Shown one piece after another: positions 43,701-52,355 of a stretch of DNA of 64,000 nucleotides. This DNA comes from Candidatus Stahliibacteriota bacterium. GTDB taxonomy: Bacteria > Hydrothermota > Tepidihabitantia > B3-TA06. Below the pieces are notes generated by a model. That model searched no databases. It worked only from the letters and a program-made list of their open reading frames with translations, and was not told where the DNA came from. Location of the stretch: NCBI GenBank assembly GCA_004375895.1, contig SOJW01000020.1:1170-65169 (forward strand), in the 5' to 3' direction. The stretch's first letter is position 1; every line of letters begins with the position of its first letter. The position numbers were made by a program, and so were the translations under genes.

Positions 43701-45330
43701 GTTTATTGAGGATATCGTGGGTGTGAATGTCGATCTCAAGCTTCTCGCCAGGCTCCACCACGTAGCGGGTGGGTTTCAGGTCAACCAGCACTGCGGAGGA
43801 GGCCACGAACGCTGAGGCCTCACCGGATTCAGCACGACGGGATTCGTCCCGGACCTGCGCCTCGAAGGTGTAGCGGTAGTTGCGGTCCTTCTTGGGTGTG
43901 ACGTAGGTGAAGGTGATGCGGCCCTGCGAGTCGGTCTTGCCGGCAAGCTCGTCCACGTAGGAGGTGCCGTACCAGTAGTAGCGATGGTGCTCGCGTCTGT
44001 ATATCTTCAGCTTGGTCTCCGCCTTGGCCACCGGAGCGCCGAAGAAGTAGTCGGCCGCCACCTCGATCTTTACCGTATCGCCCTGCACGTACTGCTCGGC
44101 GTCTAGCTCAACCTCCACCTTGTAGGAGGGCTTGCGGTACTCCTCCACCCGGAACTGAACCGAGTGGTAGGTTTCCTCAAGGGTGGCGCTTAACGTATAT
44201 CTTCCCAGACGTGATGATGAGGGCACTATCAACGAGTCCGCAAACGCACCCCAGGAGTCACTGGCGAGGGCGTGTCGGTAGATCTCGTTGCCCTCTGGAT
44301 CTGTCACCACCACCTCGACCTCATCGCCTGCAGGGGTACGGTAGGTGCCGCGGCGCATCCGCCGGACTACTCCCTTGAAGTAGACGGTCTGGTCAGGCCG
44401 GTAGATGGGTCGTTCGGTGTGCAGATAGACCTTTATTGCCCCGTCCTGACCCTCCTCATCGGAATAGTAGTAGTACTTATCCAGGAGCGCGAAGTTATCG
44501 CCGTCCTGGACCAGCACCCTTAACCTGGTGGTGTCGAAGGAGGTATGGAAGAGTCCTTTGCCGTCGGTGCGGCCGGTGGCTATCCGGTTGGTGTCCGAAA
44601 GCACCACCACCACTGCCCCTCGGCGAGGCTTGCCGTCTTTTGCGTTCACTGCGAAGACGTATACCTCCCGAGGGTCTTGCTTGGTTACCACAGACATCTC
44701 CGAGACCACCACCGGCGTGTATGCTACGCGCGTCCCGTAGTAGGCCTCAACAAGGTAGACGCCAGGCTTGGTGATCTCAAGGTCTATGGTCTCGTAATGA
44801 TAGCGACCGTAGTAGTAATAGTCGTCCTTATCCTTCTTCTTTTTCTCGAACCCAATAGACCACTCCCGAAGCACCTCATAGCCCTCAAGCCGAGGTATAC
44901 TATTCGGCCCGAGGCGTTCGGGTGTTTCGGCCTCCTTCTTCTCGAGCGGTGGAAGACCGAGATAATCCCTTAACCCTATGCGGCTTTCCTTACTCATCAT
45001 CTCGCGGGCAAGATAGCGGGTGTTGCGCTTGGTTCTATCGCCAAGGCCTTCCAGCATGTGGAAGAAGTTGACAGGCTTGGCCTTGCCCCGCACCCTGGGC
45101 GAGCGCATGTTCTTCTGAGCTTCGAAGAAATCTATCGGGTCCTCGATTGCGTACAATCGGAAGTGGATTACGTCCAAGTCTCTGGTTTCCAGTCGGATCT
45201 CTGTTTCCTCCCCGGGTGAGTATATCCGGGAGGTTGAGAGGTGAATGTAGGGGTGGGCAAAAAGCCCTCCCGTTAAGGTGGCAAGCAAAGCAAGAACTTT
45301 CACGATACCCTCCTTTCGGGGCAGTGGCAA
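40726..45330 (-). CDS. Bacterial alpha-2-macroglobulin with thioester motif
   Basis: 1534 aa; MG-domain repeats; thioester KYPYGCVEQT (codons near 42184..42198); signal peptide. Confidence 0.9.
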   Translation of the reverse strand: MPLPRKEGIVKVLALLATLTGGLFAHPYIHLSTSRIYSPGEETEIRLETRDLDVIHFRLYAIEDPIDFFEAQKNMRSPRVRGKAKPVNFFHMLEGLGDRTKRNTRYLAREMMSKESRIGLRDYLGLPPLEKKEAETPERLGPNSIPRLEGYEVLREWSIGFEKKKKDKDDYYYYGRYHYETIDLEITKPGVYLVEAYYGTRVAYTPVVVSEMSVVTKQDPREVYVFAVNAKDGKPRRGAVVVVLSDTNRIATGRTDGKGLFHTSFDTTRLRVLVQDGDNFALLDKYYYYSDEEGQDGAIKVYLHTERPIYRPDQTVYFKGVVRRMRRGTYRTPAGDEVEVVVTDPEGNEIYRHALASDSWGAFADSLIVPSSSRLGRYTLSATLEETYHSVQFRVEEYRKPSYKVEVELDAEQYVQGDTVKIEVAADYFFGAPVAKAETKLKIYRREHHRYYWYGTSYVDELAGKTDSQGRITFTYVTPKKDRNYRYTFEAQVRDESRRAESGEASAFVASSAVLVDLKPTRYVVEPGEKLEIDIHTHDILNKPVPGTVEIVVYRHYWDKEDKVLARKTTSTGKIGFTTFTFTPSQAGPYYVIAKAKDKQGNESEEKRWFYSSERGGYYTWKTDRIQIIFDAETYEVGDWAEALVITPYENASIIASLEADNLYDVDIIELEGNTAMLRFKVRSMFVPNVFLSVCGIYEGEFFEHKEKMLVNRKARMLTVELVPERQRYEPGERAKLNVLVKDVRGKPIKADISLAVVDEALYSLAAEIAPSIEDYFYGERADQVATSSSVYYSFYGYERQYQRLSAAAADSVVLAAYKGREEPKVRKKFKDVAYWNAFVRTDGSGRAQVELIWPDNLTTWRATARAISMDTKVGESREKILVTKDLLVRIVPPRFVTERDSLVIPTIVHNYTPTSQEVRLSFSVKGLKLFDNTTHTDTIQPGSTFRVDWPVRCEAPGDVTLIAKAIGTDASDAMQLTIPANPHGIERNLVISAFMPKPDQGIARTFSIPEEAELRTITGKLTLTPTLSSALFAGLSYLAKYPYGCVEQTMSCFFPDLVVADLIRDPKRGDPQLAAELPKMIAKGLAKLYGYQHSDGGWGWFEHDETMHFNTTYVMHGLLYATQLGYDVNPTVIRRGLEAINRMLRKDKDVATTDRAYMLYALSMAPDQDKEFIKAQLLALEKTQLDPYSQAFMALSYHEIGEDPKARQTLERLKQEAIADEEMVYWSGRVHIFARWQDDPVEITATTLRAFLAIYPSEGMIPKIIYWLLRERRGNHWKSSKDSALALLALAEFFKTTKDTSPRMEIEFLLNNRRIASYKISQYEILQFNRPLDLELSGVVHGENSLKIHKKGSGNLFTSLVFSYYSKEEGITAGGTDLKITREYYRLIPRVEKDRLVYDKKRLSGPVKVGEPLFVKLFVDCTENFEYVMIQDPIPAGFEVVKDNSRYPISGERYWRGYYDYESWGYMYSGREIHDDHTALFISRLWGGRRELSYVIEPYLPGVYHTMPAVVSLMYFPDKRGHSSEAVITVIEE

Positions 45331-45426
45331 TATCTTTTCAAATTATCCAATCTTAGTTAAGACTCGGGCCTTCGGCCCTCGTCTTCTGAAGCCTCCCGGA
45401 GACTGGAGCCTCCGAGAGACGTTCAG

Positions 45427-46143
45427 TCAGTCCAGTATCTTGAACCTGTAGAACCCGGCAAAGGCTGGATTCGCCTCATCCGGCCGCCAGGTCTCCTCGT
45501 CAAGCGACATAAGCGTCTCAAACTTAACCAATCTCATCTCCCCCGGCGTCTCTTCGCCCGAAACGCCGTCCGCTCCCGGCCCTGTGTGATAAAGCACGTA
45601 TGGCTCGCCCTTAAGCTCAAAGTAGATCATCACGTGCGAGGACTTGTCTTTTGGCGTGAAGAACAACAAATCCCCTGCCAGCACACCATCGTCCAACCTT
45701 CTCGTGAGCTTTACCGTATGGTAATTCATAAGATGCGGAACGTCGGCAAAGTTGCCCAGCTTGCCCCTCTCGCGGTCCCCCGGCTCATACGGACCGTCGG
45801 CCAGGCGAAAGATCTCTGTCCCGATGTAGGGAACCTTCGGGTAGTGAAACGCCGCGATCTCCGGGATCGAGGGGTCTAAGAGCTCGCCGAACTGCGCGCG
45901 CCAATCCTCGTCATGGGACTTGAGTGCCTCCCTGTATGAATACAGAACAAGGCCTGCGCAGTCTCTAACGTCATCTTGCGGGTTAAGGTGTCTTGATAGC
46001 GCTATGGTTACAAACCATCGGCGGAAGTTGTGGCGGTCGGCTGATGTTTTGAGCTCTGCCGCGTCAGGGAAGCCGTCTCTGTCCGCATCCACGGCTTGAT
46101 GTGGGGTTGCTCCCAGGATAAAGAGAAATATCAAGGTATACAT
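45427..46143 (-). CDS. DUF1175 (YfaT-like) protein
   Basis: GAGGAGGAG SD + ATG 46143; DADRDGFPDAAEL...FRRWF...DCAGLVLYSYREAL; the longer ORF to 46329 overlaps the tRNA. Confidence 0.7.
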   Translation of the reverse strand: MYTLIFLFILGATPHQAVDADRDGFPDAAELKTSADRHNFRRWFVTIALSRHLNPQDDVRDCAGLVLYSYREALKSHDEDWRAQFGELLDPSIPEIAAFHYPKVPYIGTEIFRLADGPYEPGDRERGKLGNFADVPHLMNYHTVKLTRRLDDGVLAGDLLFFTPKDKSSHVMIYFELKGEPYVLYHTGPGADGVSGEETPGEMRLVKFETLMSLDEETWRPDEANPAFAGFYRFKILD

Positions 46144-46225
46144 TCTTTTCTCCTCCTCAATTGTTAGAATCTGTACCGTTATTTGACGCCACAAGCGACC
46201 CAAAAGGTTTGCTCTTCGGTTTGGC

Positions 46226-46254
46226 AGTATAGAGCGGTTGGGCTTTATTGTCAA
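46226..46254 (-). promoter_or_regulatory. Consensus sigma-70 promoter of the DUF1175/A2M operon
   Basis: Minus strand TTGACA-17 nt-TATACT. Confidence 0.65.
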
Positions 46255-46282
46255 GTAACTCCAGTTCACCAATAAAGGTGAA

Positions 46283-46300
46283 CCGGGCCTTGTTGCCCGG
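46283..46300 (-). terminator. Hairpin just 3' of tRNA-Thr
   Basis: CCGGGCaacaagGCCCGG followed by a T-rich run. Confidence 0.5.
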
Positions 46301-46305
46301 CTGTA

Positions 46306-46377
46306 AGCCGACGAGTGGATTCGAACCACCGGCCTACGCTTTACGAAAGCGTTGCTCTACCGCTGAGCTACGTCGGC
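46306..46377 (-). tRNA. tRNA-Thr (anticodon CGT)
   Basis: GCCGACG/CGTCGGC acceptor, GCTC/GAGC D-stem, ACGCT-TTCGTAA-AGCGT anticodon arm, GGTGG-TTCGAAT-CCACT T-arm; 72 nt, no encoded CCA. Confidence 0.9.
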
Positions 46378-46406
46378 AAAATAATCAGCGTCATCCTCTA
46401 CTTTGA

Positions 46407-46434
46407 ATTGTAGCTGGGTTCCGAGTTCTGTCAA
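46407..46434 (-). promoter_or_regulatory. Sigma-70 promoter of tRNA-Thr
   Basis: Minus strand TTGACA-16 nt-TACAAT, about 30 nt upstream of the tRNA 5' end. Confidence 0.55.
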
Positions 46435-46605
46435 CATCACGTTCGAGATTGGCGTTATTGGTTCGGATGAGTTGTGGTTGCACGCCCCGCGACTCAAGCC
46501 ACTCCTCAACCCGCGCAAGATCGAAGCGAAAGACCTTACCAAGACGATACTGAAGGATTCACCGTCCCCCCCTGTAACTTTCAATAAAATAGACTTATAA
46601 TTAAT

Positions 46606-46634
46606 TTGACATCGTTCGGAATTTAATCTATAAT
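46606..46634 (+). promoter_or_regulatory. Consensus sigma-70 promoter of the SDR gene
   Basis: TTGACA-17 nt-TATAAT; AAGGAGG SD before ATG 46717. Confidence 0.65.
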
Positions 46635-46716
46635 TCGTCAATGATAAAAATAATAGGATGTCAACGGCTTCAATGACAGATTTTAAAAACATCAACCCGG
46701 AAACAAGGAGGCTAAG

Positions 46717-47565
46717 ATGAATGAAATGAAAGGCAAGGTCTGCCTGGTGACAGGGGCGAACTCGGGGATTGGCAAGGAAACCGCTCTGGGATTGGCAAAG
46801 ATGGGCGCGACCGTAGTTATGGCCTGCCGCAGCAAGGAACGAGGCGAGGCAGCCAGGCTCGAGATCAAGAGGGAGAGCGGAAACACCTCGGTTGATCTGA
46901 TGCTTGCCGACCTCTCATCGCAGAGCCAGATTTACAGGCTGGCAAAGGAATTTAAGGAGCGCTATAAACGCCTGGACGTTTTGATAAACAACGCCGGGAT
47001 CGGTCTTGCCGAACGAGCCAAGAGCTCCGACGGTATCGAGATGTTCTTCGCCGTCAACCATATCGCACCTTTTTTGTTAACTCACCTGCTGCTTGAACGG
47101 CTCAAGGCCAGCGCTCCGTCCCGCATAGTCAACGTTTCCTCCTTCATGCACGCATGGGTGAATGGGTTAAATCTTAACGAACTACCAGGCAGGGAAAAAT
47201 TCTTCGGTATCCCAGCATATACCCACTCCAAGCTTGCCCTGCTCATGTTCAGCTACGAACTCGCGCGGCGGCTCGCAGGAACCGGGGTCACGGTCAACGC
47301 ACTCAATCCTGGCTTTGTGAAGACCAACGTGGGGCATCAGGTCAGGGGAGCTCTTAGGATAGTCAGGTGGGTGATTTTTAACGTCTTTCGGGCGATTACT
47401 CCCCAGGAAGGTGCGCAAACCAGCATCTATCTGGCGTCCTCACCTGAGGTGGAGGGCGTCACCGGAAAGTATTTCTCTAAGCAAAAGCTCAAAGCCTCTT
47501 ATGACCGCGAGGCCTGGCAGCGGCTATGGAAGGTAAGCGAGGAGCTGACAGGGCTGGCGTCATGA
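46717..47565 (+). CDS. Short-chain dehydrogenase/reductase (retinol-dehydrogenase-like)
   Basis: TGANSGIGKETA, NNAGI, S...YxxxK (YTHSK). Confidence 0.85.
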   Translation: MNEMKGKVCLVTGANSGIGKETALGLAKMGATVVMACRSKERGEAARLEIKRESGNTSVDLMLADLSSQSQIYRLAKEFKERYKRLDVLINNAGIGLAERAKSSDGIEMFFAVNHIAPFLLTHLLLERLKASAPSRIVNVSSFMHAWVNGLNLNELPGREKFFGIPAYTHSKLALLMFSYELARRLAGTGVTVNALNPGFVKTNVGHQVRGALRIVRWVIFNVFRAITPQEGAQTSIYLASSPEVEGVTGKYFSKQKLKASYDREAWQRLWKVSEELTGLAS

Positions 47566-47620
47566 AGAAAACAATCAAGCTGTAGGCTAAACTCTAAAGG
47601 AGGGTGAACCGAAGAGCAAA

Positions 47621-47654
47621 GTCCCCACGAAGTCGTTTCCAACCCCGTGGGGAC
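47621..47654. terminator. Bidirectional hairpin between the convergent SDR and LuxC-like genes
   Basis: GTCCCCACgaagtcgtttccaaccccGTGGGGAC; related CCCCACGAAGT module at 8705..8735. Confidence 0.5.
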
Positions 47655-47683
47655 GTGTTTAGCCCCCCAGTTTTTTCTTGTTC

Positions 47684-49123
47684 TCAGCTTATGTTGAGCC
47701 CCTCCTCTATATCAGTCCATCTCAAGAGATCGAGTATGTTGAAGCGTCCGTCGTGATGCCAGGTGAGTGAAGGAGCGGTCATCTTGCCCAGAGGGCAGAT
47801 GCGATCTGCCCCTAGTTGGCCCATCTTATTCGCCAGGGATAAGAACCTTTCTTGTGGCAGAGCTGCGCCTACCGTCTGCAGGTAGCCCTTTATGGGTTCG
47901 ATCAATCCAACCACTTCTGATACGTCTTTCACCGGCTTGATGCGGATGGTTCGATTCAGACACGACGGCACGAATGCCGGATCGCTCTCGTAGATAACCG
48001 TCCAGTCCGTACCCCGTGAGCTCGCATGAAGTGCTACACCTTGGTCTTCAAACTCCCGGAACTCGTATGAGCCACGTAGCTGGTTGATATGTGCCGATTC
48101 GTCAGGCGAGATCCTCCCGCGAGGGATCTTTTGGTTAAAGGCCTCCATCTCGCTAGCCAACAGCCTCGCAAACTCCTTGGGCGTGGTCTGGCCGCCTTCT
48201 TCGGTGTAGAAGACGTGAGGGGAGAGGCAACCCTGCTGGTCAAAGACTGATGCGTCTATCGCCGCCTGTACCGCCGTCTGCCTGACGCGGTCCGCTGCCA
48301 GGTATTCGCGGCCTATGACCCCGAAGCTGAGCTTATGCCCGTAGGCGATGAAGCGGGTTCGGACAGGAACCCGCTTCCGGACTTCATTCACCGAATGTTC
48401 AGCGCCGTAGACGATCACCGCATCCGAGTAGCCAAAGGCTATCTTTTCGATCTCCTCGTCTCCGCCTTTCCAGCAAACCATAGCGACAGAGCGAGCCAGC
48501 TCAGGATCTACCTCAGCAAGCGATTGGGCGAACAGGGCGGCAAACAACGGCTCCTCAGAGGCGGATTTGCCAAGGATGGCCGACTTCATGAGCAGCGCAT
48601 AGACGATGTTTGCCACAGGCAGCCCTGGGACGTTGCCAGCAAACACGGTGGTCGTGAGGCGAGGCCCATACGCCTTGCACATTCCATCGCTATTCGGTCG
48701 CGGTCGAAACTGATCCAGAAACCGTGGATCGCCTAACTCGTCTTTAAGAAGGAGCCTCAGGTTTTCTCCATTGAACATAGAGATGATCCCATCCAGGGTT
48801 TGGGTGACCATCGGTCCCGAGTAGCCTGTGATTAGGGGCAGCAGCGCCTCGGCTTGTTGCCGCAGGGGGTAATTCCCATCGCTCCAAAGGTCCATAACCT
48901 TGTCTATGGCCTTGATAACGTCATAAACCGAGAGATGGGATAGATACCCTTCTCGCGCCTGGTTGAGGCGCGAGATGACTTCAGACAGCAAAGACGGTGT
49001 GAGCACGGGCGAATGCATCGTAACTCGATCCTTGCCTGTTCCGAACTCAAGGGTTACGAACTCTCCGATGTCAGCCTCATCAAAGCCGGGCAGGAAGAAT
49101 GCTGGAATTGATGTTTCTGTCAT
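47684..49123 (-). CDS. LuxC-family acyl-CoA (acyl-protein) reductase
   Basis: ~480 aa aldehyde-dehydrogenase-like fold with a QQGCLSPH active-site Cys region; follows the LuxE-like gene. Confidence 0.7.
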   Translation of the reverse strand: MTETSIPAFFLPGFDEADIGEFVTLEFGTGKDRVTMHSPVLTPSLLSEVISRLNQAREGYLSHLSVYDVIKAIDKVMDLWSDGNYPLRQQAEALLPLITGYSGPMVTQTLDGIISMFNGENLRLLLKDELGDPRFLDQFRPRPNSDGMCKAYGPRLTTTVFAGNVPGLPVANIVYALLMKSAILGKSASEEPLFAALFAQSLAEVDPELARSVAMVCWKGGDEEIEKIAFGYSDAVIVYGAEHSVNEVRKRVPVRTRFIAYGHKLSFGVIGREYLAADRVRQTAVQAAIDASVFDQQGCLSPHVFYTEEGGQTTPKEFARLLASEMEAFNQKIPRGRISPDESAHINQLRGSYEFREFEDQGVALHASSRGTDWTVIYESDPAFVPSCLNRTIRIKPVKDVSEVVGLIEPIKGYLQTVGAALPQERFLSLANKMGQLGADRICPLGKMTAPSLTWHHDGRFNILDLLRWTDIEEGLNIS

Positions 49124-49131
49124 CTTGCTGG

Positions 49132-50298
49132 CTACTTCATTTTTTGGGCACTGATCAGCTCGTCAATGGCAACGGAACAACCGCGGGATTCAGCGCCTGC
49201 TGCTCTGCCGACGCATTCAAAACCTCTCCCGATCTCATAGCCGAGGTCGTCGGTCTGTACAGCCTGTACCGTGTTTATATTGCCAAGGGAATAGTGGCGC
49301 AGGAGTCCGGTTTCACCTTTTGGCAATGGCTCCAGGGTATCGGGATCAACAACAAGGGTTCTTGTCCAGGCTGGATTGACCTTGTAGCGCGGTTCTTTCA
49401 AACCCTTCACAAGGTTGCGCAATACGTTATCAGGGAAGACCGCCTGGACCTCGGTCATGCCGTAGTTGTTTAACATGTACTCCGGTGGGACACCCGTAAC
49501 CTCTTGCGCCAGTTTGACGAACTCTTCTCTGGTCAATTCCCTTGATTTGCCTTTGTAGCCTGCACCATCGACGAAACGGCTGCCGGAAGGTAGGTTGAAG
49601 GAAAGGCCCTTTTCACGGCAATAGTCAAAGAAGTGGACATACGCAAATGTCGTGCCCACGATAATCACCGGCTCGCCATCATCTTCTGCCTGCTTCAACC
49701 TCGCGGCAAGGCCCTGAAAATCGAGCCCCTCAGGACCGACGAAGTATTCCAGTTCACCGATATGGTGGCCTTCTATGACTTTGCCTATCCCATATGTTGC
49801 TGTGGCAGTGGCGGGTAGTTTATCCAGAGGGGGTGCGAGCAGCAAGGCATGGAGGTTCTTCTCCCCGGAGGGGTAAAAGAACCCTTCTATGGATTCGAGA
49901 TAGGATAGATCCAGCAATCGAACGCCCATCTCATCCATATGTACCTTAGACCGCCTGGTCTGATCCCGTGTCCCACTGCTCTCGAGGATTCTCACCGCCT
50001 GTTCAGGGGGGAAGGTGCATAGATCGACTTCCTTGAAGGCATCTGTGGGAACTGCAAGAATCTCGGTCCAGGAGCGGATGTCTCCGGGCGCAACACCGCG
50101 TTTCTGGCAGTATTTCCGATAGGGCGTATTCTCATTGTATTGATACTCGAACAGACGAAGAGCCAGTTCATTGAACCTCTCATCGGTGCCTGGTTGATCA
50201 ACGCCGCCCTTTATGAAGGCGGTGATGTCTCGCTCCAGATCGCGGACAAAGTCCGAATCTATTGCATACTTGTTTGTTTTTTTTGTGGTTTTCGGCAT
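49132..50298 (-). CDS. LuxE-family acyl-protein synthetase
   Basis: FNELALRLFEYQYNENTPYRKYC, ESSGT adenylation motif, C-terminal ESRGCS. Confidence 0.7.
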   Translation of the reverse strand: MPKTTKKTNKYAIDSDFVRDLERDITAFIKGGVDQPGTDERFNELALRLFEYQYNENTPYRKYCQKRGVAPGDIRSWTEILAVPTDAFKEVDLCTFPPEQAVRILESSGTRDQTRRSKVHMDEMGVRLLDLSYLESIEGFFYPSGEKNLHALLLAPPLDKLPATATATYGIGKVIEGHHIGELEYFVGPEGLDFQGLAARLKQAEDDGEPVIIVGTTFAYVHFFDYCREKGLSFNLPSGSRFVDGAGYKGKSRELTREEFVKLAQEVTGVPPEYMLNNYGMTEVQAVFPDNVLRNLVKGLKEPRYKVNPAWTRTLVVDPDTLEPLPKGETGLLRHYSLGNINTVQAVQTDDLGYEIGRGFECVGRAAGAESRGCSVAIDELISAQKMK

Positions 50299-50317
50299 TT
50301 AGCTCTCCTTTTTAATA

Positions 50318-50339
50318 CTTGATACTTAAATGTATCAAG
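50318..50339. promoter_or_regulatory. Perfect 8-bp inverted repeat (CTTGATAC-6 nt-GTATCAAG) abutting the luxE-like SD
   Basis: Read directly; lies 20-40 nt upstream of ATG 50298. Confidence 0.4.
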
Positions 50340-50640
50340 CACTTTCGGCTAACGTTTTCAGGCTTTTAGAAGCGGTAAAGCCTGCGTTAGTCTTTGCTGA
50401 AACACCCGCTGTGGGCGAAGCAGTTCTTCATCTCTAAAGAACGACTCTTTTTGTTCATTGATTGATTATAATCAAAAAATTGCATATGTCAAGTGAACAT
50501 TTAGGTCATTTTCCAAATAGGAATGGATAGCCAATAAGACTACAGATGGTTCCATTTAGTTGGTTCCTTTAGATAAATGTAATAAAATAATATTATTTAG
50601 GGATGTTCGGGCATTAATAGAGTGAGTTAATCAAATGGGC

Positions 50641-50668
50641 TTGACAAAGGAAAGAAAAACAGTAATAT
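50641..50668 (+). promoter_or_regulatory. Sigma-70 promoter of the STAS/stressosome operon
   Basis: TTGACA-16 nt-TAATAT, about 150 nt before ATG 50826. Confidence 0.55.
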
Positions 50669-50825
50669 GTCCAAAGATTCCCCGCTTACAAGTATGGGTA
50701 GTGTGGGCATAGAGAACTGTAATGCTTGCTGTGACTGAATCAGGCTTAAAACCAGATTCGCTGCAAGCAAGAGACTCGCTTTTATTGCGCGAGGAAACCC
50801 TTAAATCGCTGAAAGGAGAAGAAAA

Positions 50826-51245
50826 ATGATAGAGAAAACCAAATTCAAACTCTGGTACGACGAGGAAAACGGGGTGATGCGCACAGTTATCTTTGAGACA
50901 TTAGACGCGGAGGCTTCCTCTAGCTTATTCGATTCTATCAAGGACAATTTTGAACCCGAGCAGCACCGCTACTTCCTCGCCGACCTGAGCACCGAGGAGG
51001 CTCAAACCCTCCACGATAAGGAGACCCGCAGGACGTTGCGCAAAAAGATGCCCCAGGTCAATTGGGGTAAGATAGCGATCCTGGGGGCGAACCCCGGACT
51101 CCGGATGCTTACCAAAATCGTAATGACAGCGGTAGGAAAAGCGAGGGATGCCAAGTTCTTCGACAAGGAAGAAGAAGCCCTTGCCTGGTTGAAAGCCGAA
51201 AAGGAAAAGGAAAAGGAAAAAGAAAAAGAGAAGGAATCAAAGTAA
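50826..51245 (+). CDS. STAS-like (SpoIIAA-like) protein with (EK)n tail
   Basis: ...YFLADLS...KIAILGANPGLRM...DAKFFDKEEEALAWL; tail KAEKEKEKEKEKEKESK from a GAAAAG microsatellite. Confidence 0.55.
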   Translation: MIEKTKFKLWYDEENGVMRTVIFETLDAEASSSLFDSIKDNFEPEQHRYFLADLSTEEAQTLHDKETRRTLRKKMPQVNWGKIAILGANPGLRMLTKIVMTAVGKARDAKFFDKEEEALAWLKAEKEKEKEKEKEKESK

Positions 51246-51270
51246 TCACCTCATTGTGAAGGAGTGAAGT

Positions 51271-51915
51271 ATGGCCAAAACCAAAGGGATAGCTGATCTG
51301 GAGAGCCGAATTGCAAGGATGGAAGAGATTCTTTCAGTGGCGGCATGCGGCGATTTCAGTGTCCAGATTGAGATCGATATAGAGAAGGCAGACGCCCTTA
51401 CTGCAATAGAGACCGGGATAAATCTCCTGATTTCCGATATGGGCGACGAGGTCCACGAGAGCACGAAGAAGGCCGAAGAGCTTGAGGAAAAACTGGCCCT
51501 TATCGGGCAACAGCGCAAGGCGATCGAGGAGCTTTCAACACCCATCATCAAGATATGGGATCGGGTGCTGGTTCTGCCCCTTATCGGCACCCTTGATACC
51601 CGGCGTTCGCAGAGACTCACCGAGGCCCTCTTGACTGATATCGCTACCACCCAGATCAAGGTAGCCATCCTTGACATCACCGGCGTTGCCACCGTTGATT
51701 CGGCTGTTGCCAATCACCTGATGAAGACCGTTGCCGCGGTGCAGCTTCTGGGTGCCTCCTGCGTTATCACCGGCATACGGCCGGAGGTCGCCCAGACCAT
51801 CGTGCATCTGGGGGTGGATCTCTCAGGGGTAGAGACACTCTCTACCCTGGCTGAAGGTTTGAAGTGGGCCTTTGGGCGTCTGCACATAAGGATGGTAGAA
51901 GAGCGGAAAGTCTAG
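51271..51915 (+). CDS. rsbR: RsbR-like stressosome protein (short N-domain + STAS)
   Basis: LSTPIIKIWDRVLVLPLIGTLDTRRSQ...AILDITGVATVDS...ITGIRPEVAQT. Confidence 0.8.
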   Translation: MAKTKGIADLESRIARMEEILSVAACGDFSVQIEIDIEKADALTAIETGINLLISDMGDEVHESTKKAEELEEKLALIGQQRKAIEELSTPIIKIWDRVLVLPLIGTLDTRRSQRLTEALLTDIATTQIKVAILDITGVATVDSAVANHLMKTVAAVQLLGASCVITGIRPEVAQTIVHLGVDLSGVETLSTLAEGLKWAFGRLHIRMVEERKV

Positions 51916-51917
51916 GC

Positions 51918-52355
51918 ATGCTAGAGAACACCCCTATTCCTATCCTTAAGCTGAAGGATTTCCTGCTCGTCTCAATCCAGATCGACCTGCACGACCGGAT
52001 GGCCCAGCAGCTTCAGCAAGATATCCTCGAGCGCATCTCCCAGACTCAGGCCAAGGGCGTACTCATTGACATCTCAGCCCTTGAGATGGTTGATTCCTTC
52101 ATGGGGCGCACCCTTGCGGACACAGCCAGGATGGCCTCTACACTTGATGCGGAGATCGTGATCGTGGGTATGCAGCCCGCGGTTGCCATCACATTGGTGG
52201 AGTTGGGGCTTCCCTTAGGTGGGGTAAGAACAGCAATAAACCTTGACGAAGGCTACGAACTCCTGCAGGAGAGCCTGAAGGAGAAGGCCTCAGAGAAGCA
52301 AGGTATCGAGGAGGAAAGCGAAGAAGAGGAAGCGGATGATAGTGGTTCCGATTAA
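51918..52355 (+). CDS. rsbS: RsbS-like STAS protein
   Basis: IPILKLKDFLLVSIQIDLHD...VLIDISALEMVDS...IVGMQPAVAITL. Confidence 0.8.
   Translation: MLENTPIPILKLKDFLLVSIQIDLHDRMAQQLQQDILERISQTQAKGVLIDISALEMVDSFMGRTLADTARMASTLDAEIVIVGMQPAVAITLVELGLPLGGVRTAINLDEGYELLQESLKEKASEKQGIEEESEEEEADDSGSD

Noticed and set aside
46144-46329. 5' extension of the DUF1175 ORF
   Set aside because: It runs through the operon promoter and into tRNA-Thr. A strong GAGGAGGAG SD precedes the internal ATG at 46143.
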